Positions 37,255-49,812 of a DNA stretch of 64,000 nt are shown here, piece after piece. The stretch comes from Octopus bimaculoides (Eukaryota), in contig NC_068985.1 of the NCBI RefSeq assembly GCF_001194135.2, positions 27,083,783 through 27,147,782 of the forward strand, given 5' to 3'. Within the stretch, counting starts at the first letter, position 1, and each line of letters starts with the position of its first letter. A program made the position numbers and the translations under genes. The notes beneath the pieces are model-generated. The model saw only the letters and a program-made list of their open reading frames with translations, was not told the DNA's origin and searched no databases.

Positions 37255-38650
37255 TACATTCTCCATAATCATCATCATCCTTCACCCCTATGGTTGGTTG
37301 GAACTCCATTGACAATCTCTTTCCACACTACACGGTCCTGCATTGCTGTGTTCAGATCTCTAATATCCAGCCCTGAGTACCGACATATAGTATCTACAAA
37401 TGTCAGTTTCCTGGAGAAAACACTACCAGAGCAATGCTATAGGAGCAGGGATGAGATAACTTCTTTCTCTGCCAGATGACAGTGACCAGCAAATTGTAGC
37501 CGTTTCTGCTTTAGCTTGAGGGATATTGGTATCAGATCTCCGTAGATGTCACTAAGTGTTGGGTGTGATCTCCAACTGATGTTGTGTATCTTTTTGAGCA
37601 GGTTGGTATATTTTCCGTCTAATTGTTTTTCTAAGACAGCCGATAAGGTCCAGCTCAATCAGTGTTCTAAATATTTTAACTTTTAACATGGGTGAAAGGT
37701 ATGAGTGTCAGATCTTATTAAGACTGTTACATGCATCCCAAGCAAGAGCTTTGCAGATGCAAAAGTCCTTTTAGGAGTCTACTGTGTGTGATCCAAGATA
37801 TTTGAAGTTGTCAACGTTTTTGATTAATATATTACTGAGTGATTTAAGTTCAGGTAACTTGGAGGAGGTCGTGATAAACTCTGTCTTACTCTCATTGCAG
37901 TAAAGGCTGACCTGGTTTGCTGCTTTCTCCAGTGCTTGTAACAAAGATTCTGCATCTTTAACCCTTTAGCATTCAAACCGGCCATATCAGGCCAAAATAT
38001 TTGGCCTGTTTTCTATTGAAACTGACCGAGTCTGGCTCTTCGCCTCATCCTTACAATATCATTCTAAAACTAGACAATCACATCATTGAAATCTCTTAAC
38101 TACAAGATAATGCATCATTAATTCAAAACAATATAAATAAACAAACATTACATTTGACAGAATAATCTGAATGCTAAAGGGTTAATTAATACAATGGAGT
38201 ATCAAAGCAAGATCGTCAGCAAAGTCAAGACCAATTAAATATTGTGCACAATGCCAACTGCTCTGGCGGAGTTTCAAAAGGAGTCCCTTTTCCTCCATAC
38301 CGTCTAGGGAAATGCGCAGAACATAGTCAATAACAATGATGAACAAGAAAGGAGCGAATGTGTCACTCTGCAGAACATCTGCTTCAATTTCAAAGGAATC
38401 AGTGTCTCCATCAGGAAATATAACTGTGGCAGTGGTGTTTGTGTAAAGCGCTCTGACAGCATCAACAATCCTGGGAGGAATACCACAGAATGCAAGGATT
38501 TTAGACATAAGATCTCTGCTGATGGAATCAAATGCTTTGGGAAAGTTGACAAAACAGATTGTGACGCTCTTGTTAAACCTTTTTAAGGTCCAGTATGCGA
38601 TGGAGAGGATTTGAGCATTTGTTGACCGGCCCCTTCTAAATCGGTTCATA
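37255..38650 (-). mobile_element. RTE-X/RTE-like LINE relic (RT and C-terminus) interrupted by a piggyBac MITE
   Basis: FRRGRST..QI, F.KAFDSISR, GIPPRIV, DTFAPFLFIIVIDYVLR, LDFADDLAL and KRLQFAGHC motifs. Confidence 0.85.
37962..38181. mobile_element. piggyBac-type MITE, 220 bp, inside the RTE-X relic
   Basis: TTAA|ccctttagcatt ... aatgctaaaggg|TTAA. Confidence 0.88.
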
Positions 38651-38682
38651 TCTTAATAAATTGAACAATAATGAAAGCTTAC

Positions 38683-38912
38683 CCCACAATGAGTCCAGCC
38701 ACATTGTAGGCATTCAGGTAAATCTGGTATTAAGTTACAGCTCTGGCCATCTAGTGTGCATGCATGTAATTCAAGGTTTTTTACTAACATGCTACCAATA
38801 CATTTAATCTTTGTGTGGAATGCATGGAAGAAAACATGTCGTGTGTAGTCTGATATATGTCCAATAACAGCAACATCACAGTTTCGCCATTTACAGTTGA
38901 AGCAGCCAAGCA
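38683..38912 (-). CDS. HINFP: HINFP exon 2 (CKWRNC...HVFFHAFHTKIK...LIPDLPECLQCGWTHCG)
   Basis: Acceptor tctatttctag|, donor |gtaagc; phase 1 to 0. Matches human HVYFHCYHTKLK...IPDIP. Confidence 0.93.
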
Positions 38913-39132
38913 CTAGAAATAGAGAAAAATTTATTTGAAAAAAAATGGGATTTTATTTACATCAACATATCAAAAACTTTTGAGCATGAATGCAGGCTGT
39001 TTATCTAGTCCATGTCAACAGTCTGTGCTGCTTCAGATTTCTCTTATTTTTAACCTGTTCATTAATCAAACATTTTCCTTTTTAGGTAATACTGAGAATC
39101 AACTGTCTTATTCACATAAAAACATTCAATTG

Positions 39133-40233
39133 GCACGTGTAAAGACATTCGAGCGAGATCATGCCAGTGCCGCTGGACTGGCTCCTGTGCAGGTGGCACG
39201 TAAAATACACCATTTTGAGCGTGGCCGTTGCCAGTACCGCCTGACTGGCCTTCGTGCTGGTGGCACGTAAAAGCACCCACTACACTCTTGGAGTGGTTGA
39301 CGTTAGGAAGGGCATCCAGCTGTAGAAACTCTGCCAAATCAGATTGGAGCCTGGTGTAGCCATCTGGTTCACCAGTCCTCAGTCAAATTGTCCAACCCAT
39401 GCTAGCATGGAAAGCGGACGATAAACAATGATGATGATGATGATGAAGCATAAGTGTAAACATCCCTCATCATCTGGATTGGCAGCAGTAACAATTCATA
39501 ACACTAGCCTAAACCATTTAGTCATATTTCCAAGTCTAGGAAAGCCTTAAAAACTATTGCTACACTCAGAATAACAGCAAAAATGTTTATGACTTGGTTA
39601 ACAAAGGGAAGAATAATATCAAAGAGGATCAAATGAATGTATCCATTTCCTTTCTAACCACTGTTTTATTAGCACTTGTCTTAACTTCTTTTCATGGGTG
39701 ACACATGAGGTTTCTCGAGCGAGATGAGCGTGGCCTTTGCCAGTACCGCCTGACTGGCCTTCGTGCGGGTGACACGTAAAAGCATCCACTACACTCTCTG
39801 AGTGGTTGGCTTTTAGGAAGGGCATCCAGCTGTAGAAACACTGCCAAATCAGATTGGAGCCTGGTGTAGCTATCTGGTTTCACCAGTCCTCAGTCAAATC
39901 GTCCAACCCATGCTAGCATGGAAAGCGGACGTTAAACGACGACGACAATACGTAGGATTTTCGAGCGAGATCGTTGCCAGTGCCCCTGTACTGGCTCTTG
40001 TGCGGGTGGCACATAAAAGACACCATTTCGAGCGTGGCCGTTTTCGTGCGGGTGACACGTAAAAGCACCCACTACACTCTCTGAGTGGTTGGCGTTAGGA
40101 AGGGCATCCAGCTGTAGAAACTCTGCCAAATTAGATTGGAGCCTGGTGTTGCCATCCGGTTTCACCAGTCCTCATTCAAATCGTCCAACCCATGCTAGCA
40201 TGGAAAGCGGACGTTAAACAATGATGATGATGA
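39133..40233 (+). mobile_element. Cluster of three same-orientation RTE 3' tails (~39133-39447, ~39715-39947, ~39960-40233) in a HINFP intron
   Basis: Three diagnostic tails, each ending in (gat)n or (gac)n. Confidence 0.88.
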
Positions 40234-40427
40234 GTGCTAATATAGTCAAGAGGCACAATTAACAGAATCAGCCAAAGTACATTACTAGTACTGCATTATT
40301 CACCTTGAAAGATGAACAGCAACTTACACAAGATAAAAACAATTTCAAAACTAAATACTGTGAAGACATTCGTATAGTGCTCTGCTGTTTCTACAAGCTT
40401 ATTAATTAGAATCTATACTATACTGAC

Positions 40428-40596
40428 CTTGTTCTGGAGGTGTTACACTACTTAGTAAAGTGGTGAGGTGTTCAGAGAGGTGTTTGATGAATTTCTCCAT
40501 CTCATTAGTGACAAACTGACACTCTTGCCATTCACATGGTAGATCAAGAAACCGAGGGTTAACTGGAACAATGCTGGAGGTTTTTTTGGGTGGCAT
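40428..40596 (-). CDS. HINFP: HINFP (histone H4 transcription factor/MIZF) coding exon 1, MPPKK...CEWQEC...HLSEH...EQ
   Basis: C2H2 finger resembling human LQCEWGSC...HVTQH; donor g|gtcagt. Acceptor ttgcag| 10 nt upstream of the ATG implies an upstream non-coding exon. Confidence 0.9.
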
Positions 40597-42983
40597 TTTA
40601 ATAAATCTGCAATTTCAAAGATATTTCTAACAAGATATATTTTATAGCAATGAGGTTATAAATGTAATCATAAACATTGGTACAATAGAACAGAGACAGA
40701 AAAAAAAAAGTTAAAAAATAATTATTTAATGTTTATGCTCAATATATAGAAATTAATTAGCCAACATTTTCATTTAATCATCAATGCAATTTTTGTCCTC
40801 AGAAACAAATATGTTTCTTTTTTTAAGCCATTCTTGTAATTTTCCCCATGTAAAGGCAATATGAAAGTTGTGAATTTGCAGAATTGCTACAACATTAGAC
40901 AAAAAGATACCTTGCAATTTTTGTTCTGGCCCTTTGGGTTCAAATCCTGCCAAAATCAATTTTGATTTTCATCCTTTCAGGAGTGATGAAATGAAGTAGT
41001 AATCCAAGATAGTGGATTGGCAACATTATTCCAGCTCTTTGAATTCTTAGCAGCCAAACAGGGAGTTTGGGCTAAACTTGACAGTTTGCATAAAGGAAAA
41101 GAAAACACAATATCCCCTCCAATAATAAAAGTTTTTTTTTTTTTTTAAATCAAAAAATATCAACTAGATTATGGCTGGAAGATAACAGTACTCGAAGTAG
41201 CCACTCTCAGTTTCCACCACAGCCTCAAGATGGCTCTGGAACCTGGCACATGAATTCCTCACTGCATCCCTGGGAAGTTCTTCAAACATCTTGATCTTGG
41301 TACCCAGCTTGTGTGTGGGGTATGGTTATACTCCACGCACAGCTCCACATAGCCGTTTGAACTGAGCCTAAAACCCTGGTTAAAGATGTGGGGATGAATT
41401 CTGGCATGTGGATGCAATCAGAACACCTGCTATGTATGTCCCTTCCTGCTGGTCACGGCTTTGTAGACTCAGTTGCTGTAGTCCATGTCACATCTTACAG
41501 CCTTTACAGTGTTCACAAAGCATTGAGCAGCAGGCATTTCGATACCTGGCATGAATCATCATGATACAGATAGCTCTTTTCCAATATTTAGACAGCTTCC
41601 AGTCCTCCATGTCAAGCTGACTTTTCCTCAACTACAACTTTAATCTTTATACTCTCCAAGATTATTGACTGTTCACCAATACTTCAAATTGTTTCTGAAA
41701 CAGCTGACAAATTAGTATCTTATAAAAAAAATACACCCAAAGGGAGGTGGTGCCCCAGCATGGCTGCAGCCAAATGACTGAAACAAATAAAAGAATAAAA
41801 AGCAGACAATAAAATGCTATGTTTATATTCTACTAGGAAAATTCCATGACAAGCATGTAGAACTTGTGAAGGAAGTCACCAGAAATCTTTGTCAACCTGA
41901 ACGCACAAAAGGAACAGCAATTTCTCAATCTTAAACCTATTACAATGCACAAATTAAGCCCACAATAGAGTACTGCCCCTACACCCAAGACAGTGCTGTT
42001 GCTACACATACAGACATCATTGACTACATCTTGACAAGGTCTACTCAACTATGTATTTAATCACCATGGACACACTGCAGCCTCTGGCACACAGGTGTGC
42101 TCTATACTCTGTTCTACTGCTGTTACATCAGCCTCTGTTCCTTAGAACTAGCAGGTCTCGTACCTTCACTGATCATCTTTCTCTCTTTTATCATACCTGA
42201 TGTGTTGTTCAACCCTCTCAGCCCTGTACTAACCATTTATGCGCAATCCTTTCTTCCCAGAACATTAACCCTCTGCAATCTTCCCTTGCTTATGTCTAGC
42301 TTCTATAATGTGAAGTAAGGAGACTGGGGAGAGTTTATCCAAATCAAAACATGCCAGATCAAACTCACTGCAGAACAATTTACTTTACATTGCCTTGCGT
42401 CACCTAAGCTATCAGGAATGGGTACCGTTTGAAGACATACACACGCTTGTGTGCATGGGTACTACGCAGATAATTTCAGTTCCTAAGTGTTTTTCAAATC
42501 AAGACTTATTTTCTAAAACAATTTTACTAAGCTTAGCAAGCACAACAGAATAAAAACGATTTAACGTACAGCACAATTTGACCGATTACTTGGGGTTATA
42601 TTTGTCAACATTTTTTATGCGAACCTGCCTGAGATCGACTCTGACTAAAAAACTTGCGTTTAATGTGCTTGCATTTCAACCAAAAACTCTCCATCATAAT
42701 GAAGATAAATATTGTACAAATCTTTTCAAATTTGATCAAAACACAGACTACTTCGCTGGAAATATTGTTACGAAATGCATAGCTGTCACACATTCCCGCT
42801 AGAAAAATATAAAAAAAAAAAAAAGAATGTATTGTGTCCATATAAGAAACGAGATTATAAAGTGTAGTTTGTTGACAACTTGTAAATGCGATATGGTCAT
42901 GAAGAGAAGCTTAGAAAACTTAAAAGGAAAAACCAGAGTTCAAATTTAATTTTTCTCTTTTATTGAAGAAGATATCGAAGTTT

Positions 42984-43177
42984 GGTACTACTAAAGCAGC
43001 GCGGACCCGAACGCGCAGTCGCGCGTCCGCGCTAGCTAGTCTTGNNNNNNNNNNNNNNNNNNNTGAGTGGTCGATCCTAACCCTAACCCGCGTGTGCAAA
43101 TGAATACGTGTTTAGGGTTAGGGAGCTAGCCCGGACGCGCGACTGCGCGTTCGGGTCCGCGCTGCTTTAGTAGTACC
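42984..43177. mobile_element. GC-rich MITE with 54-bp TIRs and 9-bp TSD (Mutator-like)
   Basis: TIRs 42984-43037 / 43124-43177 with 1 mismatch; TSD tcgaagttt (42975-42983, 43178-43186); 19-N gap inside. Confidence 0.88.
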
Positions 43178-45316
43178 TCGAAGTTTTACGTCAAGTGATC
43201 ATCCAAATTCCTCTTTTATCGTGATTTATCTAGATATGTCATAGAGCAAAGACAGAAAACTTCCTTCCATTTGTTCTGGATAAAGCAGCTGTTTATGAAA
43301 ATAGTATCATAAGAAATGCGAAACTGGTGCGTGTGTGTCAACACGCATTCCAATAAAGTGAGAAATAAATAAACAGACGGGCTGATATATTATGTGTGTA
43401 AATAAATGTTTCCCCTGGTACAAACACAGCTTGTGATTTGAACTAATGTGGCGGGCAACGCTAGTGGTTTCGTCCTCCTACTGGAACAACCTACGCCATT
43501 AGTATTCTGGGGAAAATCATGTATCTCACAACTTCTCATCTATCTATTTTCCTTTATAGCTAAAGCGTAAACAATTGTAATTTCTAAAACCTACAAAATC
43601 TAACGTACAGTAGATTTTTAATTTATCATTACTTTTACTGTCAGAGTATGAGAAAATATAAATACCAAAGTAAGATAGAAGCAAGTCCAAAATAAGTACA
43701 GCCTAGATATTTCGGTTAAGAAAGGATGTAAGGGAAGTGTTTGTGTGATAACATGAGACAGGGAGCAAGGTGTCTAAATTAGGGAATGATGAATATAGGA
43801 CGAACACCACATCGGGTGGGTGTATGTGGTGAATGTGAAGGTATGACAACTTGTGGAATATGAGATATGTGAAAACGAAAAAGTTTCGTCGATGATTACA
43901 GAAATTAAGGCCTCTGTTTTGTTTTTTAAAAGAAAGTGCAGCTGTTTTCGAAGAAAAATTATTTTGAAAAATAAAGCACACACACAGATTATATATAAGC
44001 GACACACACACTATATATATAGGGGAAAGGGAGAGAGATTGGGGTACTCTTGAGCTAGATAATCAAGAGAAAAGAAGAGAAACAAATCCCAAGATCAACA
44101 GAAGCAGGTTGTTGCGAAGAACCTGTCTACCAATATCACTAGTCTACTTTGTTGTTAGCATGATCGAGAGGGATAACAATAGTTTAAACCATAGTGGTGT
44201 CCCGAGTCATAACGTACGGCTTGCTATTTTACCCAGAAGCTACCTATAAAATAATATATTGTGATCTACAAGACTGGTTCAGATATTCTAGATGGAAGTC
44301 AAATGAAAGTAAAGATATGCAAGTAATGGCGTTAACTAGTGAAATACGTTATTCTAAGATCGCATATAAAAGGAAATATTAAAAAAGATATGCAGCGATG
44401 TTTCACGTTTACATCTGGAAAAATAATAAAATGTCGAAATGAGAAAAAAAAATGTAAAAGAACGCTTCTAAAATTGTATAACTACAGATGTGTATACAAA
44501 GGAAATTAGAGGAAAATACATGGCAAATAGGAACACCATATGAACAAAAGCTACGACTACAAAGCTTCAGGATGAATACATAAATATATTTAAGACAGTA
44601 AATCGCAAGGATGATGTCTAAGATTCTGCTTCTAAATAAAGTGTTAACGAAGTAGAATTTAAAGTGTGTGCATCATAATAATAGGAAGGTTGTAAAAAAT
44701 ACTCACAAAAGAAATGATGGTGCTTGTTGTCAGGAGACGATGGGATAATACAGGGAGATAACCCGGACTTATGAAAAGCGCGAAATACCTAAGTTACAAG
44801 GTGGCGGTTTCCAAGAAACATCTTAATTACTGATTTATTCTACCGTTCATTTACTATGTCTCACAGTTTATATTAAATGACAGTTGATTGGTTTGATATT
44901 AATTTAAGCAATTATATTTACATGTAATTTTTGCTATTAATCACGAACATCTAAACTATTTGTTAGAAATTGAAGTCTGGGGAATGATGGGTAGCCAAGC
45001 GAATTGAAACTAATAAGGTTTGTATTTGGCAAATTTGGACAACGAAGAAAGATAACTGAATTTTGTTTTATTGAAGAATGGTTATTTATTTTATATGTCA
45101 ATTTCCAGTTTTGAAAAGTCTTTCGAAATGATACTTGTCTAATGACTGGCATCCTGCACGCTTGATTCTTCCAACGATTTTTTGTTATCCAATAACGTAT
45201 ACATTTTAAAATGTAGTCTTAGAAAAACACTTATTTCTGATTTGAAAATGCATAATATTGCAGTATCATTCACACAAACGTTGAAATCCATTAAATTTCT
45301 CTAGTTTTCTTTACTC

Positions 45317-45330
45317 AAATGGCGGGAAAT
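45317..45330. promoter_or_regulatory. Overlapping YY1-like (AAATGGCG) and E2F-like (TTTCCCGC) motifs in a CpG-richer zone
   Basis: aaatggcgggaaat; motif match only. Confidence 0.3.
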
Positions 45331-48300
45331 TCAATAAAAAAAATTGAGCTAGTAGCTTCGTAGGATCTTTTCCCTGCCGGTCAAAAGGTAAAGATCCGCT
45401 TTATATATTTGTAGCTATGACTTTATATATTTTTAGCGGCACTTAGAGTGGATATTTCCAGAAAAAATAATGTTTTTAAATATATCAGACATACTTTCCT
45501 AATGTCATAGACAATTTTTTTTATAAGTAAACCGATCAAATAAAAGGAAATCGTCTATTTAACGAATACCGGAGAAAATGCTAGATAAATGCCCGGGTCG
45601 AAATTAGGCTTTCGATTCCCAAAGTTTTCCGATGATAAATGCAAAGATTCGGGTGGTACTGCACGTCAGTCATAAAGATGCAGAGTCGGGGAAATAATAG
45701 AAACAATTCTTAACCACTCCGAACGGTAATACTTAAAATACCTGCCATATTTAAATGATTTGACCATACACCACACGCTATTTAACGAGTGGTATTTTTT
45801 CTGTATCATATTAACCTGTAGCATTTTTTCCGCTCACCATCACCTGATCCTTGGGCGCTTTTAGTAATATCCATACAGGTCAGGTCTTTGAGGATAAAAC
45901 CACTAGTGTCAGTAACTCCGAGAAAGATCATGAACATCGCTGTTTCTTTTCTAACAAAGCCATTAAAATATATAAATATAAACTAAGAAAAAAATTCTAC
46001 TGATGATCTACCATCTTCAAATAGTAAATTCAAAAAGTTTACCACGTGGAATATATTAATTTGCTGTGATGGACCCTTCCTATCCCGGAGAGAGTTGACT
46101 TACCCATTTTCTAAAGAAAAGGAAATAGTTCTGTCTGAAATGCTAAACTTTTCTTCCGCGCGACAAAAAAATTAATTTTACTTTGAGAACTTTTATTTAG
46201 GCATCTTATAAGGTTTAGAAACATGTGTTCTGTTGCTCCTGTCGTTTTATACACACACACACACACACACAAAAGAAGCATTTATAATATGACTGTGTTT
46301 ATATTAGACACGGAAGAAATAGCTAGGCGATCTTACGACAGAACTGGTATCGTAAGATCGCCAATAGGTATATGCAAATTATCTGCACAATTGATTAATA
46401 GCTTAATTAGTGCCTTCATTCATTTCTACGACTATGAAATCTGCATTTTGAGAAGGGAAGTGTGGAAATATGTTTCTAGTTCCACAGGGCATTTACCACA
46501 TTCAAATAGCGAAATGCTGGCGTAGATGTCTGAAAATTTATCCAATAAAGCAGACCTACTTACTTCTCCGCCGCCTCTATAAACCTGCTATACAAGTTTA
46601 CGCGTGCACATGCAGCAACTTTTTGAACAATGCCCTTCGCTTATTTTCTTCCATTCGATGCTTGGATCCCAATTTCATCAAATCTAGACGCTATGACAAA
46701 GTCATCTAAAGAAGCGAAGATCATAATGCTTGTTTCACTATTGACTGAGTTTGATTATTTACCTATGCAACTTAAGACATGGTATAATGCATCAGATTAA
46801 CTTTCTGTTAGGGAGGATCTATAATAACCATTAAAAACAGAATGATACATAATTTCAGTACAAGATTCTTTTAATTAAAAGAAACCACAAGGGTTTTTAA
46901 TAATCTAAATGGCAAAACTTTGTGTGATCCACATCAACAGTTGATTGCTATTTCACACTAGTATTCACTACAATATATTTAGTCAAACGAATTTTATTGT
47001 AAGAGTTTGCGCAAACCTCTAGTGATTCCGTACGTAGATGTGAAGCTTCAAATATAATGAGAAGAGAAAATGATAAGTAGGTAATTGACCGTTTAAGAAC
47101 ATAAGTGTTAGAAAAGGAAACAGCCAGAAAATCGGTTTACCGTGGTCTTATAAGGAGTCCTCTTTAGTAGCACACATCAATTTTAAGAACTAAGTTCAGG
47201 GATTGAGGGAACCCTTAGAAAATGTTAGACCCAATATGATGCATGTGTGTGTGTACAGGGGGAGGTTACTTTGTCAATGGCAGTTATATAGGTCTCAGAA
47301 CCCCTTCTGGCTTCAGTAATCTACTCTAAAAATGTTGCATCACTACACGTAGAATCATTAAAGAGTCTGACAAAATGCCTTGCGATGTTTTCTCTGGGTC
47401 TTCACTTTCTCAGTTCAAATGTTGCAGGGCTCAACTTCGTCTTGCACCCTTTCGGGGGTCAATAAAATAGAATACTGGTCAAGTACTGAGGTTTGTGGTG
47501 TAGACTCCCTCCCCTCAAAATTATAACCACCACCACCACTACTACTACTTGGGTTGTGCCAACGTTAGAACGTTATTGGGAAAGTATTATCGGAATAATT
47601 GCTAGCAGAATAGTTAGCACACCGAACAAATGCTTAGCGGTATTTCAACCGTCTTAAGTTTTGAGTTCAAATTCTACCGAGGTCGACTTTGCCTTTCATC
47701 CTTTCGGGGTCGATAAAATAAGTACAAGTTAGTGAGTAGTGGAGTCGATGTGATCGACTATCCCACTTCCAACAAATTTCGGTCCCTGTGCTTGTAGTGG
47801 ATTTTTGAGCTTATACCATATTCATAGCAAAGAAACTCTATTTCTAGATTCGGATAGAATATACTAAAGACATTGTGAACCGTCGCAACTAAACAAAATA
47901 TAATTTCTAAACTCACGCGATCGACTAATATTTTGAGTTGGTTTTATTTAACCTCGTATGACACGCTTTGGCACAGTCGTTTTGACGCCACTGATACGAC
48001 GTTGACTTATTTGACATCGGGCGTTTTAACGTTTCCATCGTTCTCCTTTCCCTTTCTCTCTCCCTGTTTATGTGTGTCAGTATATTTCTCTTTATGTGTA
48101 TGAGAGATGGCGCGTGGCTGATGGCTTGGGTATTCAGTTAACGGTCGTAAGGTCGTGAGTTCGATTCCCGGCGGCGCGTTGTATTCTTGAGCAAGATGAT
48201 TTATTTCATGTTGCTCCAGTTTACTTAGCTGTCAAAAATGAGTTGTACCTGTAATTCAAAGGGACCAGTCTTCTTACATTCTGTGTCCTACTGAATCTCC

Positions 48301-49059
48301 CTGAGAACTACGTTAAGGTTACCCGTGTCTGTAGAGTGGTCAGTCACTTGATCAACTGGGACCCTCATCGTCGTGACCCATGGAGTGCCAGTTAATGAGT
48401 ATGAGAAGTGGTTCAGTGTTTATGTCAATCATGTTCTATTAATAAATTGTAATCTCTCTATCTATCTGTCTGTCTATCTGAATGTGTATAATTCAGTGCG
48501 TTTCCTTCCAATGCTAAAAATAAATGTCGCCAAAATAGGTTCACTGTCCAGTCAGCCGTGCCAAGTCGCCAATGGCCAAACGGCCGCACCCAACCATCAC
48601 GCTTCGCATTTACACATAAACTTCAAATGTTGTGAACCGTCGTCGAACAAGTGATCTAATGCCAATGTAGAATGATAGTGTTGGTGCTTTACGACGTTTC
48701 TCGATCTTGTGTAAAGTTTGACTTTTGAGAAAAGAAATGGCCGAGTTAGAGTTAGAGACAAATATCTAATTCTAACTCTAACAAAGTCGTACAACTTCCA
48801 TGCACTCTGTCTGGTTACACATTTGCAAATATATATTGAATATTCAAACTAACAAATGTTATTCATTCCTTGCTCGTTTAAAACAGTTTATCAGGTGATA
48901 AACTCTCCACGCTCAGTTCCTACATAAGTGTTGCCTTTCCAGAAAGTCGATTCTCTGTTATCCCCTCCTTATTCATTCATACCTTACCTGAACGTGTCGA
49001 CTTGTAACGGAACATAAATCTAGTAGATTTTTAATCTTAACTTTCTGGGTCTGGAAAGA

Positions 49060-49690
49060 AAGCACAATGCTAATGAACTTCGCAGCTTCGGTGAATTTAG
49101 GAGAGGAAGGGAGAGTCTTGAAGATGGCTCAAGGTCTAGACGTCCTACAACTGTCCCCATTGAGGAACACAATGAACTTGGCATGACGAACGTTTCTGCT
49201 TGGTGAGCATCAGGATTATCAGGTCACAGGAAAATCTGACATTATTTGAGCCAGATCCCGCTGGTTTCCTTGAACGTTTCCAAACTCAGAATAAGTGTTG
49301 AGTTCATCACTGAACCAGACAATGAGACAATCCATGCAGTGAAAACACCTCTCCTCAACTGCTCTCAAGAAAGCCAAGGTCGTTTCATTTGCAGGGAAGT
49401 GATAGCCTCAGTGTTTGGGGGGTTGCAAACGGGATTGTGTTTATTGACTATCTTCAAAAGGCCACACCATCAATGGAGAGTACTATGCCAACATGCTGAG
49501 GCAGTTACGAAAGGGTATCAAGAGTAAATGCTCAAGAAAACTGACGAAAGGAGTCTTGTTTCATCAGGACAAAGTTTCAATATACAAGTCCTTGGTTTCA
49601 AAGGCTGCTGTACGTGAATGTAGCTTTGAACAGGTTGATGACCCATCCTATTCTCCTTATTTGGCCCCATCTATCATCTGTTCCCCAACA
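49060..49690 (+). mobile_element. Mariner (irritans/Hsmar2-like) transposase relic
   Basis: EFRRGRESLED..R..RP, AGKV.ASVF, DYLQKGHTINGEYYAN.LRQLRK, VLFHQD and YSP.LAPS motifs with frameshifts. Confidence 0.88.
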
Positions 49691-49812
49691 TAAAAATCCT
49701 AGTTTTCTTGGATTCTACCTTTTTTCTGTTTTATCGTCAATGCAGTTATCTAATACATTCATAAAAATTTGTCTTGATTTCATGCAAGAATTTTATGATA
49801 CAATACCTGTAT

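Noticed and set aside
43076-43123. Interstitial telomere or fusion site
   Set aside because: Only about two hexamers per strand, located inside a TSD-flanked MITE.
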